From Mytilus trossulus (Eukaryota), in contig NW_026963290.1 in assembly GCF_036588685.1 (NCBI RefSeq), forward strand, positions 3,720,001 to 3,784,000: a stretch of DNA of 64,000 nt, given 5' to 3'. A program made the position numbers and the translations under genes. Below the pieces are notes generated by a model. It saw nothing but the letters and a program-made list of their open reading frames with translations. It had not been told where the DNA came from and ran no database searches. Below are positions 1-11,130 of this stretch, piece after piece; within the stretch, counting starts at the first letter, position 1, and the number at the start of each line of letters is the position of its first letter.

Positions 1-4
1 TAAC

Positions 5-661
5 ATGGGTTTGAACTCAGTGTATGATCCGATTTATAGCCAAGTAAATAAAGACGAATCTGGAACGGACACTAATGCAATATCAAAATGTCGCTCTTTT
101 AGGAGAAGTAGTAGTTCTATTGATTTAATGGTACAAGACAGGCGTCGTTTAACACAAAGAGCTGTCGATCTTTTGACAGGAGATTTAAACGACGAGTTAA
201 TTCCAAAACATTCAGATATACTGACTCCTGTTTCAATATCACAGCCTGAGGAGCCGGATTTTATTGACTTTGCAACTGATATCAGCGTCCCAGAGGATCA
301 AAAAGATATGAATGCTGCTGAAAGTGGTGACGTTTGGAATCCATTTCCAAGAATAGCAGATTTTACAAACGCTATACCGCCCGAGGATGAAAATTCAGAA
401 ACACTTGATAGTATACCGGAACTTAATGCATCGGATCCATTCGATATATTTCACATTGGAGTTATAAGCTCAAGTTTTGGTTTATCTACAGACAACTCTT
501 TTATTCAATCGGATTTCGTAACAGAACCATCAGACTTAGATAAGACTATTTATAATCCGAACGAAGAAATTTACATGGACATGGGAAATCAAACATTACG
601 TCATGAACAGGCTGTTGAATATGTACTTCCTACGGAAGTGTCTCGGACTTATACCTCATAA
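5..661 (+). CDS. 3'-terminal coding segment of an unidentified gene; acidic, probably disordered, with Tyr motifs; frame is open to the window edge
   Basis: 218-codon ORF in AT-rich DNA, no in-frame stop before position 5, stop at 659-661, candidate ATTAAA poly(A) signal at 731-736. No recognisable domain. Confidence 0.6.
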   Translation: MGLNSVYDPIYSQVNKDESGTDTNAISKCRSFRRSSSSIDLMVQDRRRLTQRAVDLLTGDLNDELIPKHSDILTPVSISQPEEPDFIDFATDISVPEDQKDMNAAESGDVWNPFPRIADFTNAIPPEDENSETLDSIPELNASDPFDIFHIGVISSSFGLSTDNSFIQSDFVTEPSDLDKTIYNPNEEIYMDMGNQTLRHEQAVEYVLPTEVSRTYTS

Positions 662-2631
662 TTCATGTGTAGTGCTATTTGTGTTTAATATGTATTGGGA
701 TACCAAAGTGCTTTCAAATGTACATGTGAGATTAAAACATAAAAAAATATCATGAAACTAATATCTTGTCTTAATTTCCTTCTAGATATGAATATGAAAC
801 GTAATAAGATTATTTATCAAAATACAAATACTTAAACAGCAAATATATCTTTAAACACATGTCCTGCCAGTAACAATGTGATAGTATTCATACATGTTTG
901 TTTATTGATTAGCTTTTTATTTTATAAAAGTTGAAATCACAAAAATACACCGAGGAAAATTCAAAACGGGAAGTCCCTAATCAAATGGCAAAATCAAAAG
1001 CTCAAACACACCAAACGAAAAGATAACAACTGTCATATTGTAGTTTTGGACCAGGTATTTTCTTATGTAGAAAATGGTGTATTAAACCTGTGTTTTAGCT
1101 AGCTTAACCTCTCCCTACTTAAATCAAATGCCATTATATCATGTATATTGACAAAGATGCGTGAACAAAACAAACAGATATAATAGGTAAAAATGTCAAA
1201 ATAGAGCTCAGTCAACATTGAGTTATAATCTTAATCACAAAAAAAAAACAAAGGAGCACAAAATGTCATAAGGACCAAGCATATTAGCAAAGTTTAGAGT
1301 CAAGAATACACAAATTTACCATAGTACAATCACACAATGACAAGAGGTATAAGAACAGAAGCACAAAAAGGCATAGAGGCAAAGCACATAGCAAAAATTA
1401 ACGACAGGCAACAAACAAGTTTACAATAGCACAAGAACGGGATGTATAAGCACAGTGCCACGCTATATGTATCGAAGTATCACCAAAAGGCATATATAGA
1501 AAAAGCACATTAGCAAATACGAAAGATAAGAATACGAGAATATCATTAAAGGCTTAAGAAGACAGCAACATAACAACAAAACAAAACAAATATCATCCAG
1601 AGAAGAAAGTTTACAAGGGAAAGTTAACCGTTTTCTTGCTAGATTGACAACCAGTAAATTTAAGGTAGACCTTTTATAGTTACAACTTTTGAATGTCTAT
1701 CTTAGCTTTTAGATGTCGACAATTGCAATGAATAATAGAAGTATTGGGGTGTTCATCAACGAGACAGCAACTAAACTACAAAGAAGACAAAACATCTAGA
1801 GATCAACTAACAGTGTGAGACATGTACTATTGTCTATACGATAAACGAATTTCTTAACCGTACATACATGACATAGTCTAAGGGGGAAAAATATATATGA
1901 GTGGTTCCAATTACTCTACCTACCCCATTTTTTAATCTTAATGATAGCTTAACCTAAAGCTTTTTTTTTGTCATTGCTCATTTTGCACTGTTAAAATCAA
2001 ATGTTGCTCTCATACATGTCATAGACTCGATGTAAACAAAAATAACCATAAAATTAAAAAAAACAAACAATTCCTTCCTTCCCATCCTAGCATTTATTTT
2101 AGATATTACTGTAACCACACATACTATTTTATTTGGCCTACAGAAAGAAACACAATTTAAAAAATCTCATCAATATTGTATTCCAATCAAATAAAAACAA
2201 CATAAAATGTGACATACTTCAACTACTTATGTGGTCCTTGAAATTCGACAAACATAATAGGTGGCGAGATCAAAGTACTGTATGGGTTTTTTTTTATTGT
2301 TAAAGACCCATACGGTTGTCTATAATCGCTTACATCCACTTGAACTTTGGTTGATAGTTGTCTCATTGGCAATCGTACCATACGTCTCCTCATTTTTATG
2401 TCCCATCTATAGGCATTATGTTTTATTGTATGTGCGTTCGTTCGTCCGTCCGTCCGTTTTGACCGCTTCAGGTAAAAGTTTTTGGTCAAGGTAGTTTTAA
2501 TGGTGTTGAAGTTCTTCTTAAAACTAAGTACACATGATATGATATTTCTAATTTAAATGCCAAATTAGAGTTTTGGCCCCCATTTCACAGCCCAATGAAC
2601 TTAGAATATGATACTGCGATTGCGGCATCTA

Positions 2632-2962
2632 GGTGGGGTGCCCGTTTGGCTGTGCGGGATGTATCAAGTTTGTAGCCACGTCCGGTCAATCTGATGCCTC
2701 GTGTAAAGAGATTGCCACGCTCTTTGCACGTTATGTATCCTGTCAACAACTATTTGGGGGTTCCGTAGGTGGCATGTTGCACGGCAAAATTCTAATATGC
2801 TAAATGTTTCAAGGGCAGTTAAAATTTCCCATGCCATCATACCGGATGACCTATATAACAAGACCTACATATTGTATTTATTGTAAATTTTTTTCGTCCT
2901 GAACCCGCATGAAATATTTGCCACTGGATATTTAGCAACCAAGATCAATCAATCAATCAATC
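2632..2962 (+). mobile_element. 5'-truncated SINE with (CAAT)n tail
   Basis: GC-richer body ending GAAATATTTGCCACTGG...AGCAACCAA(CAAT)n; related tail fragments at ~43475-43632. Confidence 0.55.
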
Positions 2963-3163
2963 ATTGTCATGTTTAACCCCGCCACATTATATATGTGCGT
3001 GTCCCAAGTCTGGATCCTTGTCATTGATGTTGGACGTAGAAAACTGCCTTTCGCATTTTTGTTCGTTTCTTACTTTGTCGTTGGTATTCTTTTTTTGTTT
3101 GGATGTTTTACATGTGTCAACGACATAAAATAGTTATCAAAGGTACCTGAATTATAATTCAGT

Positions 3164-3207
3164 ACGCAAGACGCGCGTTTCGTCTACATAGGACTCATCA
3201 GTGACGC
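3164..3207 (-). ncRNA. Type I hammerhead ribozyme in a partial retrozyme copy (about 3130-3285)
   Basis: GCGUCA CUGAUGA GUC-CUAUGUA-GAC GAAA CGCGC GUC/UUGCGU; core intact, one mismatch each in helices I and II. Confidence 0.75.
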
Positions 3208-4379
3208 TCATATCAAAATATTTATCAAACCAATCAAGTACGAAGTTGAAGAGCATTGAGAATCCAAAATTCAAACAAAATACGGTTTTATCCATGCATG
3301 CATAGCAAGGTACGCATACGCTGACAACGAAACCGTTCTCCCTCACTTTCAAGTTGTTTTGGTGTAATTTGTTTGAACATTCAATATCTATAAACGAGAA
3401 TTGAATATCGGTAAACTTCGTCGGTCTCTGCTAATCACTATATGTACAAGTTTTGTATGACGAATTTTAGAAACATCGAATCCGACGGAAGAGATACCAT
3501 ATAAATCGTTAATCTCAACCCTACATCGAAGATATGATTTACATGGGATACGTGACACCTTGTGTACCACATTAGTACATTTATATCGAAACAAATATAG
3601 ATTATTTTCTATAAGGTTATTGATCATAGTTACATGTATGACATTTTTAGTTATCTTTTTTATGGCGTAATAAAGTTAAGTCGTATCTTAAGTGTTATTT
3701 ACTTCTTGTCTTTTCATTTGACATATGAGACTCTACTTACCATAACAAAATCACAGACACTTGAATTCTAAAAATATACTTATAATGGTGTCTAGGTCAA
3801 AATGTGTTATGAGGGGGAATTACAGCAGTTTACTTACTTTTATTCTTTAACTCTATGCCACAAAACAAAACTATGATAACAAAATGAATCAAAACCGATT
3901 CAGCCCGTAAAATACATTTGAAACATAGATATTACGAAAACTACAGAACATGTCATAACGATAAAGAGTCATTTAATAGTCTTTTTCATAATCTTTATCA
4001 AAATATAGTAGACGTCGGTCCGTCTATAAAATCAAAATTTCATAACGATGTTATTTAAGGACCACATTTAAATAATGTACCTATATATATAAGAAGATGT
4101 GGTATGAGTACCAATGAGACAACTCGCCATCCAAGTGCAACGTATAGCAAACACTACTTAAACTTTCAAATCACTTGATTTCACCTCCAGTGTTTGTTGG
4201 ATTCGTGTTTTTTCAAATTTACTTATCCGGTTTAATGAGTTGTAACTCCGTTGTTGTTTTGTCTTTTTGAGTCGGACGTCCTTTCAAAATGTGATTTTCA
4301 TTACCGAAATATATTTTTTTGAATTCTTTTTATACAATTTATGATTTTAAAATTTGTCTTCTTCAAACATTCATGTTTT

Positions 4380-6932
4380 CTAATTTAGATACAGCAAAGC
4401 CTTTAACTTAAGCCAATCACGTTGATCATCTGTACTGTTGCTAATTTCGTTTTCTTCCAAAGCCATTTCAATGAAGCATACGTCATTTGAAATATTCACA
4501 ATTTCGTCTGGAATATCTTCGATTTGAATATTTTGTAAAATGACAATTATTTTTCTAAGGTTTGTAGTATATTTTTCATATTTTGCTCTATCTATTTCGA
4601 ATCTTCCCCACTTCCCCTCGGTAAAATGTTCAGTAATTATGAAGACGATATGTCTACTCTGCTGTATTGATTCTGCTTTTGAATCTGCAGTAATATCTCC
4701 AGGAAGTAGATCTCGATCATGTAAACAAACTTTAAGTCCCCATTCTTCTTCAATTTTTGGAAGGAGAAACTTCTGTATCCACAATACGCTTCTTTCTTCA
4801 TAAGAAACATATGCGTCATATATATAATTTTCATGCAAATTTTTCTCAACAACTCGTCGGACTTTCCTATACATGTAGAGAATAATATTCCATCTATAGT
4901 TATAGAGAAGAGAAAGAGGTACAAAAATACCGAAGGCACTAGCAACTAATATTATACCAACATGAAGCCATAAAGTTGCTTTGCAGTCTGCGAAGTATTT
5001 ATTGGTATTCTTTGCTACCTCCTTTAATAAGATTTGCTTGTTTTTTGAGAAAGTACAGGTATAGTTATCTCCGTTATAAAATGTTACGTTTGTATTGTCA
5101 AACCACAGAAGAAAATCCAGAGTATCACACGAGCAAACAAAAGCATTGTTATCCAAATATAAGATAGGATGTGAACGGGTCATTTTATTCAACCAAATCC
5201 TTATGTTGTCGTCAATAGAAGTAATTAAATTATTGGAGAGATCCAACGATTTCAACTTTTGAAGCTTGGTTACAAAATTAGGAATGGTCCTGAATAAATT
5301 GTTGGACATATTTAAATGCGTTATATGTGGCTGTTCGAAGAAAGTTGTTTCCTCCAAAGTCCAAATATAATTAAATGAGATGTCTACTTCTCTCAACGCA
5401 GGGGCTCTAAAAGACATCCATTCTCTACCTTTACGTACAATTTGGTCTATTCTTGCATTTGTCATTTTTAGCACAACGAGTTTAGGTAAGAGCATTGATG
5501 GAAAAGTGATGATTGCTACTGAAATTCCTGAAATGTCCAAATATTCCAGCTGATTTAAACAGTCCTCTGACAATTTTGGATAACGTTTGTAAACACCATA
5601 TGATACATCTAGATATTTAAGAGATGTGTTTTTGCAAGTTACAGATGCTGAAGAAGGGGTGCTTTGTATATGAGTGAATCTAAGAAACTCTATAGATGAT
5701 GGAAGCGAGTAGTTTATGTTCCAACGTGGAGATATGTGAAAAAAATTCGAACTTTCTGGTAAATGATAAAAAGATTCGGTGTCGTATACGTTGATAAAGA
5801 CAGGATCAGCATAATCTATAGTCATGTATGACAAATCATAAACTTTAATGTTAATTGCTTTCATTAAAAAAGAATAAAGTTGTAATGAATGCTTCGCAGT
5901 CGTTGCAGGTAATCTGTTAGCCGATATGATGAATGTTTTGAAACATTCTGGATGCTCGAACGATAACAAAGAATTATGCTGGTAATCTACGATTCCAGTT
6001 TTTGACAGGTCTAATGCTTCAATGCAGATAGTTCTTAAATATGTCATTAATTCTGCTGTTAATACAACAGAGTATGGAAAATCATCTTCATTGATTGACT
6101 TATCGCTTATGTGGTGAAAGTTTATAACAGACATGTTCTTATTCTGAAACGGATGTAGAATACGCAGTGCTTGATATAGGTGCACGTATGATTCGGAAAG
6201 ATCTAAAATCTTTAAGTGAGGAAAGTATTCCAATAGTCCATATTCCAGTAGAAAAAAATTACGACAGCCGCTGATATAGAGTTCTTTCAGGTTTGCCGAA
6301 AAGTGTTCGAATGTTGAATTAGATAGCCGAAAACGACTACTATTTCTCAAATAACATTGAGAAAATTTCAAAACAGTAAGGTTTTTAAGAGAACTGAATC
6401 CTGCTCCAAATTCAGGGAACATGAATAAATCTATCGAAAGATTTTGCAAGGATCTCAATGTAGAAAATGCATCATCAGGGTAAACAAACGCAGTGTTTTC
6501 AAATAATGACTTCTTATTGCGACTTATATCTAGATCCATTAGATTACTAAGATGTCTGAAAACTCCCTTTTTCAGGGTTGTAATGGTAATCAAATTATCA
6601 TTTACCTTCAAAACTTTAAGCAAATGTAGTCCAACAAAGGCATCCTCCTTGATTTCAGATATACGATTCTTATTCAAAATCAAGATTTCCATTTTCGTAT
6701 AATGGAGGAATGAATCGTTTTGCAGCATGCGTATCGAGTTATTGGAAAGAATTAGCTCACTTATATCTCGACTTAGATTCCCTGGCACAGAAGTAAATCC
6801 TTGATTTTCACAATGTGCAATCAGCTTATGTTTTCTATTTCTACTGTACGTACAAGGCATTGCATGGTTTTCGTTTAATATTGTTAACATGATAAGTAAA
6901 AGGAACATTCGTCTTATCTGATTCATTTTCAT
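4380..6932 (-). CDS. TLR: Toll-like receptor, single-cysteine-cluster type, intronless CDS (signal peptide, LRR-NT, LRRs, LRR-CT, TM, TIR)
   Basis: LxxLxLxxN repeats (LMDLDISRN, LKSLDLSNNLI); LRR-CT NAFVCSCD...C...C; TM WLHVGIILVASAFGIFVPLSLLY; TIR box 1 YDAYVSY, box 2 CLHDRDLLPG with the BB-loop Pro, box 3-like DWLKLKALL. The track start at 6950 is TTG; in-frame ATGs lie at 6932, 6926 and 6908, the last directly before the hydrophobic signal FLLLIMLTIL. Confidence 0.95.
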   Translation of the reverse strand: MKMNQIRRMFLLLIMLTILNENHAMPCTYSRNRKHKLIAHCENQGFTSVPGNLSRDISELILSNNSIRMLQNDSFLHYTKMEILILNKNRISEIKEDAFVGLHLLKVLKVNDNLITITTLKKGVFRHLSNLMDLDISRNKKSLFENTAFVYPDDAFSTLRSLQNLSIDLFMFPEFGAGFSSLKNLTVLKFSQCYLRNSSRFRLSNSTFEHFSANLKELYISGCRNFFLLEYGLLEYFPHLKILDLSESYVHLYQALRILHPFQNKNMSVINFHHISDKSINEDDFPYSVVLTAELMTYLRTICIEALDLSKTGIVDYQHNSLLSFEHPECFKTFIISANRLPATTAKHSLQLYSFLMKAINIKVYDLSYMTIDYADPVFINVYDTESFYHLPESSNFFHISPRWNINYSLPSSIEFLRFTHIQSTPSSASVTCKNTSLKYLDVSYGVYKRYPKLSEDCLNQLEYLDISGISVAIITFPSMLLPKLVVLKMTNARIDQIVRKGREWMSFRAPALREVDISFNYIWTLEETTFFEQPHITHLNMSNNLFRTIPNFVTKLQKLKSLDLSNNLITSIDDNIRIWLNKMTRSHPILYLDNNAFVCSCDTLDFLLWFDNTNVTFYNGDNYTCTFSKNKQILLKEVAKNTNKYFADCKATLWLHVGIILVASAFGIFVPLSLLYNYRWNIILYMYRKVRRVVEKNLHENYIYDAYVSYEERSVLWIQKFLLPKIEEEWGLKVCLHDRDLLPGDITADSKAESIQQSRHIVFIITEHFTEGKWGRFEIDRAKYEKYTTNLRKIIVILQNIQIEDIPDEIVNISNDVCFIEMALEENEISNSTDDQRDWLKLKALLYLN

Positions 6933-7827
6933 CCAGATATAATTATCCAATTATGATTTCTGCTCCATATAGAAATAAATCCGTTTAATTTCTTTTTCAT
7001 GCATCGCGGAAGTTAAAATCATTTCCAACTGTAACCGTAACCGCTATATTTATAAATTTATACTTGAATTTTGTTTACTGAAATGTTCACCAATATTTTT
7101 AAGTGGACGACCTTGTGCACTCTATTTAAAGAAAATTTATGAAGTACATGTACAACCATAAAAATAGTCTTTTATACAGGTTATAGAATTTACATTATTA
7201 TGCAAAAAAAATAGCATCAGTGAATTAATCCAATAACTGCATACATGTTATATGATTACAAACAGTTTTATCATCGGCGGAGAATGACAACACATAATCA
7301 GGAAATATCAGCATTATATTTTTATGAATAATGAATCTTAACAGCAAAATAAAGGCATATATACCTTGACTGTTAAGCTCTTTAATGTTATGAATAGACA
7401 ACAATTGTATAAATTTTTAAACAAGATTTTTTTCTCCAATAAAATAGTTTTATATAAACAACTGTATTGTAAATATAAATGAATTTCATTGCATGTTAAT
7501 TTACAATCTATTAAAAGGTTATTACGACTTTACCATGTTTACATTTGTCGTGTGTGTGATATATGATTTTTTTGTTAGATATCGAATCTGTATCTAAATA
7601 TATGTTTAAATAGTTTTCTGTTTTCATTTTGCACATAATAGTAGGGTGTGTTCACGTTTCTCAAACATTTGAGATTTTTGTATATAATAACTGTTCAATT
7701 ATTTCTTTTTAGTGAACCATAATAATTATGTAATAGGGATAAATGATTTCACCTGTAATTAGAGTTAAAGTTAACCCATTGTAACTTTAACAAATAAACT
7801 CATTATAGATACCAGGAGTAAACTTTA

Positions 7828-8343
7828 TTATTTCTTATGCAGCACAAATACTGCAATCTGATTGGTTAATAACCCCGGTGTAAATAACACCCCACCCTGG
7901 TTCTGACCCGGGATAAATAAAATTTTGCCAAATTAAATATTACATTTTGACCAAAATAAAGAAAAAAAAAGAAAAAAAAGAAACTAATAGAAATGAAAAA
8001 AAATAAAAAATAATAATGACCATGATGACAAAAATTAAAAAAAAAAAGAATACAAACATAGAAAGAAAATAGTCTCTGACAATGCGCAGCAACATGGCCG
8101 TTGAAATAATGGTACGCTGTAAATTTGTCATTACAATTTTTCAATTATACCCCCTGGTTTCAAAATGAGTAAAGGGATTGTTCATAAGAAATAAATTCGT
8201 TATCTTGGTGTAATCAGGGGTGTACGGAATTTTACACCGTTGTTGAAAATTCATACACCCATTCGGCTGCGCCTCAGGGTGTATGAATTTTCGACAACGG
8301 TGTAAAATTCTGTACACCCCTGATTACACCAAGATAACTAATA
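7828..8343. mobile_element. Non-autonomous DNA element: IR-bounded body plus a hairpin with 62-bp arms (possibly Crypton-type)
   Basis: TTATTTCTTAT (7828) / ATAAGAAATAA (8184-8194); hairpin arms 8199-8260 and 8277-8338 with 2 mismatches; splits a retrozyme unit. Confidence 0.7.
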
Positions 8344-8350
8344 ATATTTC

Positions 8351-8393
8351 CGCCAGACACGCGTTTCGTCTACAAAAGACTCATCAGTGAGGC
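8351..8393 (-). ncRNA. Type I hammerhead ribozyme, second copy of the retrozyme dimer
   Basis: GCCUCA CUGAUGA GUCU-UUUGU-AGAC GAAA CGCGU GUC/UGGCG; core intact, one helix I mismatch; 352 nt from the 8702 copy. Confidence 0.8.
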
Positions 8394-8701
8394 TCGAATC
8401 AAAAATGTTATAAAAGGCAAAATACAGTACGAAGTTGAAGAGCTTTGAGGACCAAAAATTGCCAAACACAGCTAAGGTTATCTATACCTGAGGTAGAAAA
8501 GCCTTAGTTTTTCAATAATTCAAAGTTTTGTTAATAGTTAATTTATAATTATGAACATATCAATGAAATCTCCAGTCAACACAGCAGTGCTGACTACTGG
8601 GCTTGTGATACCCTCGAGGAAATAATACCCCACCAGCAGTGGCATCGACTCAGTTGTTGCAAATAAACTCATCGTAGATACCAGGACTAAATTTAGTATA
8701 T

Positions 8702-8745
8702 ACGCCAGACGCGCGTTTCGTCCACAAAAGACTCATCAGTGACGT
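8702..8745 (-). ncRNA. Type I hammerhead ribozyme, intact, in retrozyme unit
   Basis: - strand reads ACGUCA CUGAUGA GUCU-UUUGU-GGAC GAAA CGCGC GUC/UGGCGU: full catalytic core, helix I 6 bp with one G-U, helix II 4 bp, minimal palindromic helix III, GUC cleavage site at 8708/8707. Confidence 0.9.
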
Positions 8746-9849
8746 TCGAATCAAAAATGTTATAAAAGGCTAAATACAGTACGAAGTTGAAGAGCTTTGA
8801 GGACCAAACATTCCTAAATGTTTTGCCAAATACAGCTAAGGTAATCTATTCCTGAGGAAGAAAAACCTTAGTGTTTCAAAAAAATCAAAGTTTTGTTAAC
8901 AGTTAATTTATAATTATGAACATAACAATGATAACTCAAGTCAACACAGAAGTGCTGACTACAACCGATCTAGGAGAGGGAAACAAATCTAACCCTATTA
9001 TTTTGTTAAAACATGTTAACGTAATAAAGTTTCATATTTTCTTATCTGAGAATGTTGTTGAACTACAAAAACAAATATGTAGATTTATACGATACACATA
9101 TATATATATATATATGAAAGTATGTCTTCCTGTTTTTTGTGACACTATACTAATATATTGTTATCTATGTTCCAACAATGATAACAAAATGTTATGTGTC
9201 ATATAAGAAATGTGACCATGTACTTAACAGAAGAACAGCGGGTTTAAAGGAATATTTATACATTTTGTCAAAAAGCATTCACACACATCAACTGCCATTA
9301 CATGTACAACAAAAAACTATAAAAAAAAAGGTATATATACAAACTGATAATACAATCCTGACAAATTTATCTGAATGACCAATATTTGAATGCAATAATA
9401 AACAAAATGCACTATTTAATTATAAAATTGAGCAGAGGTATGTGTGTTCATAGAAAAAATAACCAAGACACAAATTATAATGAACAAATAAATATGTACA
9501 GGAATAGGTCTTTTAGCACAGGCGCATGATGCAATAGTAACATTTAGTAAATCGTAGACCTTAATCAATCAAAGTCTAATAAATCAATTCATTAAATACT
9601 TTAGATGTATGCTCGTCTAGTTTGTAAGGCAATAATATCGAGAAGCTTACATCAAATCCACCGAAGAAATAGAGATAGAGATGCATAAATACACAAGGGC
9701 ACCGAAACACACACAAAAAAACTGAATCAGATGCTTCACTGCATTATGAATCTGTTTTGTTCTTAACATCATTTGCACAACCGGTACACCCAGCACAACT
9801 TTATCTGGAATAAGCGCAATGGCATACATTCCTTTCAGTTCGTTGGCTT

Positions 9850-11130
9850 TTCTATTGGTGTTAACGTAGCTGTCAAAACTTAATTATATACTAGTATATA
9901 TCAATACAAAATTGGTAACCTTAGCTGTTAGTATTTCCTACATATCTTACATTCAAGGTGCAACCAGTAAGGTATTGGAAAATGATGACTTCGATAAGAC
10001 AGAATTTCCCGGAGCTGATAAATGCTTAACTTTTACCACCACAAGAAACAACAACATTGACAATCTTCAGTAACGTTTATTAAAGGCCTTGTATTCCCAA
10101 CAGTCCAATTTTAACATTTTGTCAATACAAAGTACCTCACCTCCAAAAACTTCCTATCAGTTATTCAATGGTTAAAATCTTTGAAATAAAATATGGTTCT
10201 TCGAAATTCCTTAGACGAACACTTCAGATATATGGTAATTATACCAAGTCTTCATTGATACCTTCCTACCATCATTAAAGTTCCACTTAAGTCAAAATAT
10301 AGGACACTTCATAAACATCTAAACTTTGCCTTTATCTATCAACCTAAATCCATGGAACAAATTTATGTTCATTTAAACATACTTAAGATATACATATAAC
10401 ATTGAAACACCATTGGTGGCCTTCGGCTGTTGTCTGTTCTTTGGTCGAGCTGTTGTCTCTTAAACACATTCACCTTTTCTATTCTCAATTTTTACACTGT
10501 GTATATGTTCAGTATATTTAAAGGAGAAAATGTCCCCATAGTTTAAGACTGTATTCATTATAGGTTGAACAAGAATGTGTCTAAAGTACACGGATGCCCC
10601 ACTCGCACTATCATTTTCCATGTTCAATGGACCGTGAAATTGGGTAAATAATCTAATTTGGCTTAAAAGTTAGAAAGATCATGTCATAAGCAACATGTGT
10701 ACTAAGTTTCAAGTTGATTGGACTTCAACTTCATCAAAAACTGTCTTGATCAAAAACTTTAACCTGAAGCGGAACAGACGGACGAACGAACAGACGGACG
10801 GACGAACGGACGCACAGACCAGAAAATATAATGCCCCTCTACTATCGTAGGTGGGGCATAAAAATACAGGCAAGGTTTCGATGTTTATAAACTGTCCTAT
10901 ATCTTTATACTTTAGTGAAATCTTAACTATTTCAAATCTGATTTTCAGCTCTGTGTCCAGTTCCTCGTTCAGTCTTTCACACTTCAAAACTTTACATCTT
11001 CCCCCTTCTTACCCCAGGGATATAACTTTAAACGAACCGATTTTCAGGTGTACTCTTTGATATTCAAAATTGTTTAACTTTTGGTCGGGACCCAGTTCAA
11101 GACAGATTGTGACTGAAAATAACTAATTCA
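9850..11130 (+). pseudogene. Probable decayed LRR (TLR-ectodomain-like) pseudogene interrupted by repeat insertions
   Basis: Broken + strand LRR-like fragments: RNNNIDNLQ* (~10044), LFNG/LKSLK across a frameshift (10161-10186), LPSLKFHLSQN (10266-10298), ILTISNLIFSSVSSSSFSLSHFKTLHL (~10920-11000). Stops and frameshifts throughout. Confidence 0.4.
10568..10863 (-). mobile_element. Short Helentron-associated (HINE/DINE-1/pearl-like) element
   Basis: - strand 5' hairpin ATGCCCC...GGGGCAT, (GTCC/GTTC)n microsatellite, 3' subTIR GGGGCAT and short stem-loop; decayed + strand relative at ~2393-2630. Confidence 0.75.

Larger units (their letters stand above)
7791..8960 (-). mobile_element. Non-LTR retrozyme tandem (352-bp unit, about 2 copies) interrupted by a hairpin element
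   Basis: Direct repeat 8352-8600 vs 8704-8960, each with a hammerhead; the unit's flank resumes at 7791-7827 beyond the insertion. Degenerate relatives at ~11575-11815, 13940-14050, 15880-16060, 27900-28040, 62640-62740, 63545-63726. Confidence 0.85.

Noticed and set aside
4540-6702. Short ORFs overlapping the TLR
   Set aside because: Antisense or alternate-frame shadows of the TLR CDS.
6933-6950. TLR N-terminal extension given by the ORF track
   Set aside because: Begins at TTG; in-frame ATGs follow at 6932, 6926 and 6908.
7866-8144. Phe-rich hydrophobic ORFs resembling membrane peptides
   Set aside because: Produced by a poly-A/T tract inside a non-autonomous element.
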